Assembly (NCBI GenBank): GCA_003450815.1
Contig: DMES01000077.1
Location: forward strand, 97,671-161,670
Reading direction: 5' to 3'
Source of the DNA: Elusimicrobiota bacterium
Lineage (GTDB): Bacteria; Elusimicrobiota; Elusimicrobia; Elusimicrobiales; UBA9959
DNA length: 64,000 nucleotides
Part shown: in pieces, positions 28,630 to 36,484 of the stretch
How the letters are laid out: each line of letters opens with the position of its first letter
Position numbering within the stretch: position 1 is the stretch's first letter
Notes under the pieces: generated by a model
The model's database searches: none
Told to the model about the DNA's origin: nothing
The model's input: only the letters and a program-made list of their open reading frames with translations
Program-made: the position numbers and the translations under genes

Positions 28630-28679
28630 GCAACAAGCTTGCACAGGCAGCAAACAATCAGCAGGCAGGACGAACAAAA
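28630..28679 (+). promoter_or_regulatory. Conserved 5' leader, copy A (copy B at 30727-30776)
   Basis: gcaacaagCttgCacaGgcagcAaacaatcagcaggcaggacgaacaaaa matches copy B at 46 of 50 positions. It contains an ACAAG-N5-ACA(A/G)G direct repeat and GGA motifs upstream of the SD. Confidence 0.55.
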
Positions 28680-28715
28680 ACATAAAGGAGAAAAAAGAAA
28701 TAAGGAGATAATAAA

Positions 28716-29501
28716 ATGAAAAAGACATTAATAGCGGCGGTTCTTATTATGATGACCGGAGGCGCATACGCAGCGGAGTTCGCCGATCTGGCGGTGAAAG
28801 CCACCGATCTAAAAACCCGGGCAGCAGGGGAAGGTGTTCCCGTTCCGGCTATTTCCAAGGGAAAGGTAACTATACCCGTGTCCCAGGAGAGAGTTGTTGG
28901 TACGCAAGCGGATGCCATGACGATCAAGGGCGCGTTACTTAAAATCAGCGATTATACGGAAAAAGAGCTGTGCGGCAATATATTGAACTCGAAAGAATTG
29001 GAGGACCTCACTAATCATCTGAATTTTTTTGTGGGACTTCCTGCTAAGGATATTCCTGTGGGGATACTAGGTTATCTTGAGGGTATAAGCATCTCCATTC
29101 AGGAACTGCTTCCCAAGGGCCCGGTCGGCCGGAATATTGCGCCGGCTCTCAAAGCCGCGCGCACTCTCCAACTGAAGACGCAAGCAATCCTGCCATCAAA
29201 TAAAGCTGGTGCCACAGAAAAGGGTACCGCGCAGATCCAGGCTTCGGTGCTTAAGATTAGTGACTATACGGAGAAAGAGCTTGCCGGCAAACTGCTTAAC
29301 ACTAAGGAATTGGAGGATCTTACTAAGCAGTTGAGTTTCCTTGCCCTTCCCGGCACGGATATCCCTATGGAACTTTTGGGCTATCTTGAGGGAATAAGCA
29401 TCTCTATTCAGGAACTGCTTCCCAAGGGCCCGGTCGGCCGGAATATTGCGCCGGCTCTCAAAGCCGCGCGCGCGCTTCAGGTAAAAGTGGTAGCTTTGTA
29501 A
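28716..29501 (+). CDS. Secreted protein with two tandem ~103-aa repeats
   Basis: Signal peptide MKKTLIAAVLIMMTGGAYA. The repeat LKISDYTEKEL.G..LN.KELEDLT..L.F...P..DIP...LGYLEGISISIQELLPKGPVGRNIAPALKAAR occurs twice. A 66-nt stretch is identical at 29097-29162 and 29406-29471. Confidence 0.6.
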   Translation: MKKTLIAAVLIMMTGGAYAAEFADLAVKATDLKTRAAGEGVPVPAISKGKVTIPVSQERVVGTQADAMTIKGALLKISDYTEKELCGNILNSKELEDLTNHLNFFVGLPAKDIPVGILGYLEGISISIQELLPKGPVGRNIAPALKAARTLQLKTQAILPSNKAGATEKGTAQIQASVLKISDYTEKELAGKLLNTKELEDLTKQLSFLALPGTDIPMELLGYLEGISISIQELLPKGPVGRNIAPALKAARALQVKVVAL

Positions 29502-29722
29502 GATAGCCTTACAAATAAAGGCCAAGTACACTTGGGGATGAAAGTTCCCTATGGGTGAGTGTTGTTGACCCTTGGACAAATCAGTTGCGTAGGGAGTGAG
29601 CCGGGCGCGTGCGTAAGCCGCGCCCGGTACGCTATCCGAGCAGTGGACACAAACCGGAAACTGCGGTGGAAAATCGCAACACTTACATCGGAACCGTGAA
29701 ATACCGCTTGTTTACACCGGGT

Positions 29723-30613
29723 TCAATCTCTGGGAAGGACGCTGAATATATCGGCTCTAATGTAATATATCTCGGATTCCTGCTTGTTTGCCTCGGGTTC
29801 TTCATAGATACAGGCCAGGTCAACGGCTTTTTCAAGATGCTGGAAATATATATCAAAGTTGGCCTTCGTCATACGCAGGGTCAGCGTCTTAGTGCCGGCA
29901 AGTTTGGAATCCGCCAGCCACGTATTCCAATTCTTCCTCATCGCCACCCTGATCTGAGCCGTCTCCGGCGTCTTCGGCAGCGCCTTGATCACCTTATCCG
30001 CAAACAGGCTGCGCGCCTTGTCTACTGAAAACTCGATTAAACCTCCGGAAGCCAGCGCCTTAAGCGCCTTCCTTATCTCTTCAGGCTTAAATCCGGTCGC
30101 CTCCGCCAATTCCCGTACCGGGACCCAGCCAGTGGTGTTTACCAGAAAGATCTGACAAATATGCGTCACCGTGTCCCTGGCGCGCAATTTCCATTGCTCA
30201 AGCGTAAGGTTGACGCTGCGCCGCGCAATCGCCTGATGAGTAGCTGCTTCGGCCAATTCCCGGCTGGGGAGGTCAACGCCGGCGGAGGCCGGGGCTGACA
30301 GGATTTGAATGAGCTCATCGGATCCTGAAAGCGCTCTGAAATAGGCCCGGACCAGTTCTTTAGCCTTGGGCGAATGCTTATCAATACCTAACGCCGCTAT
30401 GATCGCCTTGAGGCGCCAGCTCTTGGGCAGTTTCTTTCCGCGTTCCATATCCCAATAACTAACGAAGGCAAGCCCCAGGTTTTTACTTCCGCCGACGCTC
30501 TTGAAGAATTGATGCGCGCTGGAGTAGCCCTGCTCTTTCCTGATCCCGGACAGCACACTGCCGAATGTCTTAGCGTTGGTCATACCACCAGTATACAATA
30601 TTTGCTTAACCAT
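29723..30613 (-). CDS. Putative HTH (XRE-like) transcriptional regulator with an uncharacterised C-terminal domain
   Basis: The N-terminus FGSVLSGIRKEQGYSSAHQFFKSVGG...VSYWDMERGKKLP resembles an XRE-type HTH. From memory, the length and layout resemble the TIGR02147/DUF4423 family; this is unverified. It is divergent from the secreted-protein gene. Confidence 0.55.
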   Translation of the reverse strand: MVKQILYTGGMTNAKTFGSVLSGIRKEQGYSSAHQFFKSVGGSKNLGLAFVSYWDMERGKKLPKSWRLKAIIAALGIDKHSPKAKELVRAYFRALSGSDELIQILSAPASAGVDLPSRELAEAATHQAIARRSVNLTLEQWKLRARDTVTHICQIFLVNTTGWVPVRELAEATGFKPEEIRKALKALASGGLIEFSVDKARSLFADKVIKALPKTPETAQIRVAMRKNWNTWLADSKLAGTKTLTLRMTKANFDIYFQHLEKAVDLACIYEEPEANKQESEIYYIRADIFSVLPRD

Positions 30614-30660
30614 CGGCTAAACAAAAGGCATTTTTATTTAGCCGCCGCTCCTGGGTCAAA
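30610..30660. repeat. Conserved divergent-promoter block, copy B
   Basis: See 27970-28020. It starts exactly at the regulator's start codon. Weaker homology continues to about 30720. Confidence 0.65.
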
Positions 30661-30726
30661 AAAAAAGACCAACTTGGGCACTATGCCTCTTGGGAGGAAC
30701 CTTCATACAGGCTAAACTATAGTATC

Positions 30727-30776
30727 GCAACAAGTTTGTACAAGCAGCTAACAATCAGCAGGCAGGACGAACAAAA
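30727..30776 (+). promoter_or_regulatory. Conserved 5' leader, copy B
   Basis: See 28630-28679. It lies immediately upstream of the 30797 gene. Confidence 0.55.
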
Positions 30777-30796
30777 TTATAAAAGGGAGAAAAGAA

Positions 30797-31480
30797 ATGA
30801 ATAAAATGATGATGGCGATAGTTATGATAGTTTCTGTCGGCACGGCTTATGCCGCCGACTTCGGCAGCCTTGCGGTCAGCGCGGACAGCATTAAAGCGTC
30901 CGCGGACAGCGTTTCGCTGGTAACCCCTAACGCTGTTTCCAGCGACAGTCTTAATATACTGAAGAAAATCCAGGCTGAAACGGGCGTGCAGGGCACAACG
31001 TATTACGAGGTTCTTAAAAACCTCTTTGAAAAGGGTGTTCCGGCCAGTGATAAGGATTTGACCGGCTGGTATTCCGGACGTACGGTGCTGACGAATTCGC
31101 CAAACTCTTTCCTGGGAAGCATTATAATCGGCGCGAAACAACCAGTGGCTTCCGACGGCGGGCCGTTGTTTCCCCAAAAAAGGCTGCTTGAGGTGGTAGG
31201 GACATACACGGCGAATAATGCTCCTGATTATTTTGAGAAGCTTTCCCTTGCCGAGCAAAAAAGGGTGGCAATGCTCCTGCCCTTAGGTTCGGGAGTAGTT
31301 ATACCATTCCCCGCCGCTGAAGGTATGGCGGAGGGCTACTCCGGAGGAAAAACAGTGGCTCAGTATCGCAAAACGGAAGGATATGTCTTTGAACACATGG
31401 TCAGCCATGATGTGCAGAACAATATAACCAGGGAAAGGTATTCATATTACTTTTCACCCATAACAAACTCAGTAAAATAA
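30797..31480 (+). CDS. Secreted hypothetical protein
   Basis: The signal peptide and first mature residues (GTAYAADFGSLAVSADSIK) are paralogous to those of the 28716 gene (GGAYAAEFADLAVKATDLK). The rest of the protein is unrelated. Confidence 0.55.
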   Translation: MNKMMMAIVMIVSVGTAYAADFGSLAVSADSIKASADSVSLVTPNAVSSDSLNILKKIQAETGVQGTTYYEVLKNLFEKGVPASDKDLTGWYSGRTVLTNSPNSFLGSIIIGAKQPVASDGGPLFPQKRLLEVVGTYTANNAPDYFEKLSLAEQKRVAMLLPLGSGVVIPFPAAEGMAEGYSGGKTVAQYRKTEGYVFEHMVSHDVQNNITRERYSYYFSPITNSVK

Positions 31481-31492
31481 AAGATACTCGCA

Positions 31493-31531
31493 AAGAAGCC
31501 TCCACGCATATTGTTTGCGCGGAGGCTTCTT
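31493..31531. terminator. Hairpin between the convergent 30797 gene and the RayT-like gene
   Basis: aagaagcctcc...ggaggcttctt is an 11-bp perfect stem followed by a T-rich tail. Confidence 0.55.
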
Positions 31532-31540
31532 ATCTTTCGG

Positions 31541-31562
31541 TTAAGGTGACACAGAACTTAAG
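31541..31562. repeat. Inverted repeat flanking the RayT-like gene (3' side, overlaps its last codons)
   Basis: ttaaggtgacacagaacttaag is the reverse complement (one mismatch) of the aagttgtgtgtcacct units at 32339-32377. Confidence 0.65.
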
Positions 31563-32224
31563 TCCGTTTTCCTGGGTTTAGGGCCTGGCCGCTGCTTAGC
31601 CAGCCTTCGCCCCAGGTTGCCTTCCAAAGCGGCAATAAATTCTTTTCCTCCAAGCGGACGCCCTGTTGAGGAATGCTTTTTTATCATATCTATTTCCTCT
31701 TTTTTTAAATCCCAATCTGCAAGAGGCCCCCGCAAGGCAATAATTTCGTTCAATCGCATCGGGTACGCCAGCAGATCCGCCTGCCCTGAAAGGCGGCTGT
31801 TGACGCTGCTCTAGGGATACTCGCAAGGATGCGCAACAAGGCCCGCGCGCACCGGGTTGTATTCACTATACCGGACCACGGCGCAAAGATAGGCATCATC
31901 CATGATATAAGACGCAAACCGCCCTTGCCACAGACAGCCTTTCCAGCCCTCTCGCGCGTTGATCAGACGGGTATAGTGCCAGTGCGCCATCCCTATTGCG
32001 CGCCCTAAGCCAGACTCATCCAGCGGCACGGCCACCAGGTGGGAATGATTCTGCATAAGGCAATAGCTCCATATTTCAACCCCGCATTTTTCGCACCACT
32101 CTTTCATTAACTGAAGATAAAGCTTAAAATCTCCGTCGTTAAAGAAAGTTTTCTGCCGCCTGTTCCCGCGCTGCGTAATATGATGCGGATATCCCGGCGC
32201 TACCACCCTGGCTATACGTGACAT
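31541..32224 (-). pseudogene. REP-associated tyrosine transposase (RayT / IS200-like Y1 HUH) interrupted by one in-frame TAG
   Basis: YPHHITQRGN, the HUH motif NHSHLVAVP and the catalytic-Tyr region VVRYSEYNPVRAGLV are present. The frame continues after the TAG (complement of 31811-31813) into SSVN...TGRPLGGKEFIAALE..GRRL...GPKP. The TAG replaces the Trp of the usual YPWSS motif. AAGGAGGG RBS. Confidence 0.75.
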
Positions 32225-32336
32225 AAGCCCTCCTTTCCCTTCTGGCCTAAATAGCATAGCAGACGAACACGACAACGGCATGTCGGGTTGCCATAAATTT
32301 TCTCAATTTAAAAGGGAATGCTCCGCGTGGCGAGAA

Positions 32337-32379
32337 TTAAGTTGTGTGTCACCTAAACCTCAAGTTGTGTGTCACCTTA
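32337..32379. repeat. Two direct copies of the 16-nt unit aagttgtgtgtcacct on the 5' side of the RayT-like gene
   Basis: Copies lie at 32339-32354 and 32362-32377, separated by aaacctc. They are inverted relative to 31541-31562. Confidence 0.65.
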
Positions 32380-33990
32380 TTACATTTTTTCGGGGGAAGA
32401 AACTCCCAGCAGGCCTAATCCTTCGGAGATAACGGCTTTTACCGCTTTAAGCAGGAACAGCCGCATGGCAGTGGTTTGCGGTTCCTCCGGCACAAGCACT
32501 TTGTGCTTTGTATAGAAGGAATGGAACAAAGCGGAAAGCTCGGTGAGGTAAGTAGTGAGATAGTGGGGGGAAAAGTCACCGGCGCAGGTTTCGAGCGTTT
32601 TCTCAAACCATAAAAGTTTTAACGCCAGGGCGCGCTCTTCGGGGTTAAAAGTTATTTCAGCGGGCTCAAACCCGGCCTTTACATCCACTCCTTTTTCGGC
32701 CGCATTGGCGAAAATAGAGCAAATACGCGCGTGAACATACTGCACATAGTAAACCGGATTCTCATTTGAGCGCTTTTTCGCCAGATCTATATCAAAGATC
32801 AGGTGCGTGTTGGGGCCGCGCATGGCGAAAAAGAACCGGCAGGCGTCGGCGCCCACTTCCTCCACCAGCTCTTTCAGCGAGATAAAATCCCCTTCCCGCT
32901 TTGACATTTTCACAAGCGCCTCTCCGCGCTTTAAGATCACCATCTGGTGGATGATGACCTTAAAAGCTCCTGAGGTTTTGCCCAAAGCGGAAACAGCGGC
33001 TTCCATCCTGGGCACATAGCCGTGATGGTCGGCACCCCAGATATCAATAAGTAAATTAAATCCCCTGTCGTATTTGTTGAGGTGGTAGGCGATATCATTA
33101 AGGAAATAGGTGTTCCTGCCGTCGGATTTAACCAGCACCCGGTCCTTATCGTCGGAGCTCATCTCGGAAGAGCCGCCGAACCAGACCGCCCCTTCTTTTT
33201 CATAAGCCATGCCTCGGCTTTTAAGGGCTTCAAGGGCCTTGCGCGGAGCGTCGGCTGCGTGCAGTTCGGATTCCAAGAACCATCTATCAAACTCAACGCC
33301 GAAAGCGCTCATATCCGCCTTATGCAGCAGCAGCATCCTGGCCACGGCAAATTCGGAAAATTGCTTTTCCGTCCAGCCGGAGGCTTCCGGCGACATGGCC
33401 GCGGCTATGTCTTTCAGATAAGCGCCTTTGTAGCCGTCCTCCGGCGGTTCCGTCCCCTCAAAGCGTGCCTTTAGCGAGCGGCCAAGCAGGTCCACCTGCC
33501 GCCCCATGTTATTGACATAAAATTCGGAACTTGCCCCGGCTCCCAGCAGCCGCAGAATCTTCACAAGGCTGTCGCCTAGCGTGGCCCCCCGCCCCGAAGC
33601 AAGGTGAAGGGGGCCGGTGGGATTTGCGGAAACAAATTCCAGGTTTATTTTCTGGCCCGCCCGCGCCGGATTATTGAAATAGGCCGGACCTGAAATAATA
33701 TCCCGTAACGCCTCAAAAAGAATTTCGGTTTTTAAATTTATATTTACAAAGCCCGGGGCGATCACGCCGGCTTCAAAATCAGGCGACAAAACAGCCGCCA
33801 GCTCTTCGGCTATTTTTAAAGGCGGTCTCTTAAGCAGTTTGGCGGCGGATATGGGCCAGGCTATGGAAATATCCGCCCGTATATGGGGCGGCGGGGCGCT
33901 GAGGCTGAAGGCCGCGGTTTGGTCTGCGGAAAGCTTAAAGGCGCGCGCGGCGCGCTCTTTCAGTTCCGCTTCAAGCGCCGAAAGTTTCAT
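32380..33990 (-). CDS. argS: Arginine--tRNA ligase
   Basis: EFVSANPTGPLHLASGRG (HIGH region), the class I anticodon-binding C-terminus and a terminal Met are typical of ArgS. Confidence 0.92.
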   Translation of the reverse strand: MKLSALEAELKERAARAFKLSADQTAAFSLSAPPPHIRADISIAWPISAAKLLKRPPLKIAEELAAVLSPDFEAGVIAPGFVNINLKTEILFEALRDIISGPAYFNNPARAGQKINLEFVSANPTGPLHLASGRGATLGDSLVKILRLLGAGASSEFYVNNMGRQVDLLGRSLKARFEGTEPPEDGYKGAYLKDIAAAMSPEASGWTEKQFSEFAVARMLLLHKADMSAFGVEFDRWFLESELHAADAPRKALEALKSRGMAYEKEGAVWFGGSSEMSSDDKDRVLVKSDGRNTYFLNDIAYHLNKYDRGFNLLIDIWGADHHGYVPRMEAAVSALGKTSGAFKVIIHQMVILKRGEALVKMSKREGDFISLKELVEEVGADACRFFFAMRGPNTHLIFDIDLAKKRSNENPVYYVQYVHARICSIFANAAEKGVDVKAGFEPAEITFNPEERALALKLLWFEKTLETCAGDFSPHYLTTYLTELSALFHSFYTKHKVLVPEEPQTTAMRLFLLKAVKAVISEGLGLLGVSSPEKM

Positions 33991-34508
33991 TTTTTCCGGT
34001 TAGTCTTTTTTGTCGGTTTGGTTTTCCCGCGGGCGGACTTAGCCGGCTTTTTCCGGGTGGCGGGTTTGGCTTTCTTCTTAGCAGCCGGTTTTGATTTGGG
34101 CCTAGCCGCGGGGGCGGCTTTTTTTACTTCGGTTTTCCGGGGAACGGCAGCTTCCCTCCAGGGGATTTGGCGAAACGAGGCGAAAAGCGCGTCCATGGAG
34201 TAAAATTCCCTGGCCCCGGTTTCAAAGATATGCACAAGCACACCGCCGTAATCAAGCACCTTCCAGGCGCGGCTGTCGCCGCCTTCACGGTAAAGGACAT
34301 ACAGCCCCTGTTCTTTAAAAGCTCTATTCACAGCTTCTTCCACCGCCTCAAGCTGCGGCACGGAGTCGGCGGTCATAAGCACCACATAATCAGCCAGCGT
34401 AGAGCTTTTTGAGGGCTCATAGATCACAATATTTTCCGCATGCTTTGAGTCGCCCAGCCTAGCGGCTTCGATGGCTATTTTTTTAAACTTGACTTCGGCA
34501 TTTTTCAT
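33987..34508 (-). CDS. rsfS: Ribosome silencing factor RsfS with a lysine-rich C-terminal tail
   Basis: ADYVVLMTADSVPQLEAV...WKVLDYGGVLVHIF is the RsfS/iojap core. It is followed by KKAAPAARPKSKPAAKKKAKPATRKKPAKSARGKTKPTKKTNRKK. Confidence 0.8.
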   Translation of the reverse strand: MKNAEVKFKKIAIEAARLGDSKHAENIVIYEPSKSSTLADYVVLMTADSVPQLEAVEEAVNRAFKEQGLYVLYREGGDSRAWKVLDYGGVLVHIFETGAREFYSMDALFASFRQIPWREAAVPRKTEVKKAAPAARPKSKPAAKKKAKPATRKKPAKSARGKTKPTKKTNRKK

Positions 34509-35395
34509 ATAAGGTTTTTTCGATTCGTAAGTTTGAGGAGCATTTCTGCTTCTACGCGGTGTTCAATATTCTCCATGGTTGAGCTGATAATAGACGATAT
34601 TGTATTAAATATCGTGCCAAGATTGTTTTTTTCGTAACAGGAAACATCCGCGGACTTGCAAAACCGGACATATCCGAGCGGGGCGGCATGCCGGGAACAA
34701 GCCATCAGGTAGGTACGGGCGTCCAGCCAGCCGTCTTGCGGCGCGCTCTGGGCCGCCGCAACCGCGGGTTCGTCAAAGCTAGCTTTTGATCCGGCAAGTT
34801 CATATTCCTCATTGAACTTGTTGTAAAAATAGGCGGTTATATTCCAGTCGCCCTCAAAATAAATACTTATTTCATCCACCGTTCTGGCCATGAACGCCGC
34901 CGAAGATTTGTGCTCTTCCATTATAACCCGGCTCATATCAAACAGCATGGTGAGTTCGTTTGAGGTATGCTGCAGGCGCCTTAGCACCACTTTCATTATT
35001 TCCGTAAAAACACTTATCCCCGTTTCCGGGTGTTCTTTAATGAACCGCAGGAACTCCGAGCGCTTTATCTCGTAGAGGGCGGTTTCTCCGGAGGACCGCG
35101 CCTGCGCGGTGCGGCTCTGCCCCTCAAGAACAGCCATCTCGCCGAAAAACTCGCCTTTGGCAAGCACCGCCAGCGGCTTGAATTCTTTTCCCTCCGCGTC
35201 CAACCCCTTTTCTATTATAACTTCGCCGGAGGTAATAATAAAAATAGTGTCGCCTTCGCTCTTCTCCCTGAAGATAACGGCCCCATCCGGGTGGGAGACA
35301 CGCTTGAAATATCTGGAAAACTCTTCCAGCATGTCAGTGGTGAAATTTTTAAAAATGCCTATTTCTTTAAGCCCGTCAATTTCAGCCATGCTCAA
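34505..35395 (-). CDS. Cyclic-nucleotide-binding domain protein with an uncharacterised C-terminal half
   Basis: FGEMAVLEGQSRTAQARSSGETALYEIKRSEF is a cNMP-binding beta-roll motif. No HTH was recognised. It has 4-nt overlaps with both neighbouring genes. Confidence 0.7.
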   Translation of the reverse strand: MSMAEIDGLKEIGIFKNFTTDMLEEFSRYFKRVSHPDGAVIFREKSEGDTIFIITSGEVIIEKGLDAEGKEFKPLAVLAKGEFFGEMAVLEGQSRTAQARSSGETALYEIKRSEFLRFIKEHPETGISVFTEIMKVVLRRLQHTSNELTMLFDMSRVIMEEHKSSAAFMARTVDEISIYFEGDWNITAYFYNKFNEEYELAGSKASFDEPAVAAAQSAPQDGWLDARTYLMACSRHAAPLGYVRFCKSADVSCYEKNNLGTIFNTISSIISSTMENIEHRVEAEMLLKLTNRKNLI

Positions 35396-36462
35396 GCCCC
35401 TCTCCCGCAGAGTGTCTTGAAATTAGTCTGGTCATGCGCCTTGGCAATAGCGGCGTCAAAAGAAACAAGATTCTGCGCGACCAGGTTAGCGAGCGCTTTA
35501 TCCATGGGGATCATGCCGAACTTGAGGCCGGTCTCTATGGCGCTGTAAATCATGTGCGTTTTGCCCTCCCGTATCAGGTTTGAGATGGCGGGCGTCATAA
35601 TCATTACCTCGCGCGCGGCCACGCGGCCTTTGCCGTCAATCCTGGGCAGCAGTATCTGCGATACCACCGCCTGCAGCGAACTCGCAAGCTGAACCCGCAC
35701 CTGCGTTTGCTGGTGCGGGGGGAAAACGTCTATAATCCGGTCCACGGTTGACGGAGCGTCCTGGGTATGCAGGGTGGCAAATGACAGGTGGCCGGTCTCA
35801 GCCGCTGTGATGGTAAGCTGTATGGTCTCCAGGTCACGCATTTCACCCACTAAAATAACGTTCGGATCTTCGCGCAGGGCGGCCCTGAGAGCGTTGCTGA
35901 AGGACTTTGTGTGCTGGCCGATTTCGCGCTGGCGGACTATACATTCCTTGCTCTCATAGGTGAATTCTATCGGGTCTTCTATGGTAAGGATATGCCCTTT
36001 TTTCTTCTGGTTTATAAGATCCAGAATAGCGGCAAGCGTGGTGGATTTGCCTGAGCCGGTGGGCCCGGTAACCAGCACCAGTCCTTTCGGAAGCGTGGAA
36101 AGGTTTACTATGGTCGGCTGAAGGTTCAATTGTTCCGGAGTCGGAATTATGGACGGGATGACGCGCATTACCGCTTCCACGCCTCCTCTTGCCACAAGCA
36201 CATTCAACCGGAACCGCGACACGCCTTTAATGGCGAAGGAACAGTCCAGTTCCCAATTCTCTTCAAATTTTGCCCGCTGCTCATCGTAAAGCGCGGAATA
36301 CACCAGCGCCTTTGTTTCCTCCGGCTTAAGCGGCGGCAGACCCTCAGTCACCGGCATTATCTGTCCGTTAAGGCGCATCATGGGCGGCTTGCCGGTACAG
36401 ACGTGTATGTCGGAAGCGCCCTGTTTCACTGCCGTGCTGAGTATGGTTACCAGATCCACCAT
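35392..36462 (-). CDS. pilT: Type IV pilus retraction ATPase PilT
   Basis: GASDIHV...PMMRLNG, Walker A GPTGSGKSTTLAA, TIEDPIEF and GEMRDLETI are PilT signatures. Confidence 0.9.
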   Translation of the reverse strand: MVDLVTILSTAVKQGASDIHVCTGKPPMMRLNGQIMPVTEGLPPLKPEETKALVYSALYDEQRAKFEENWELDCSFAIKGVSRFRLNVLVARGGVEAVMRVIPSIIPTPEQLNLQPTIVNLSTLPKGLVLVTGPTGSGKSTTLAAILDLINQKKKGHILTIEDPIEFTYESKECIVRQREIGQHTKSFSNALRAALREDPNVILVGEMRDLETIQLTITAAETGHLSFATLHTQDAPSTVDRIIDVFPPHQQTQVRVQLASSLQAVVSQILLPRIDGKGRVAAREVMIMTPAISNLIREGKTHMIYSAIETGLKFGMIPMDKALANLVAQNLVSFDAAIAKAHDQTNFKTLCGRGA

Positions 36463-36484
36463 AAAAACCCCCTGAATTTTGTAA

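Noticed and set aside
28205-28927. Minus-strand ORFs 28205-28657 and 28658-28927, and 30755-31258, antisense to the cassette genes
   Set aside because: The plus-strand genes have strong TAAGGAG-type RBSs and signal peptides. The antisense ORFs have neither.
29609-30028. 139-aa plus-strand ORF, and the GTGCG at about 29609 considered as a possible group II intron 5' end
   Set aside because: The ORF is antisense to the regulator gene and Arg/Pro-rich. No reverse-transcriptase ORF or domain V/VI-like sequence follows the GTGCG.
31811-31813. In-frame TAG in the RayT-like gene considered as evidence for stop-codon reassignment
   Set aside because: TAG is used as the terminal stop of well-conserved genes in this window (dus, the glycerophosphodiester phosphodiesterase, nifU, gyrB). 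A point mutation or pseudogene is the simpler explanation.
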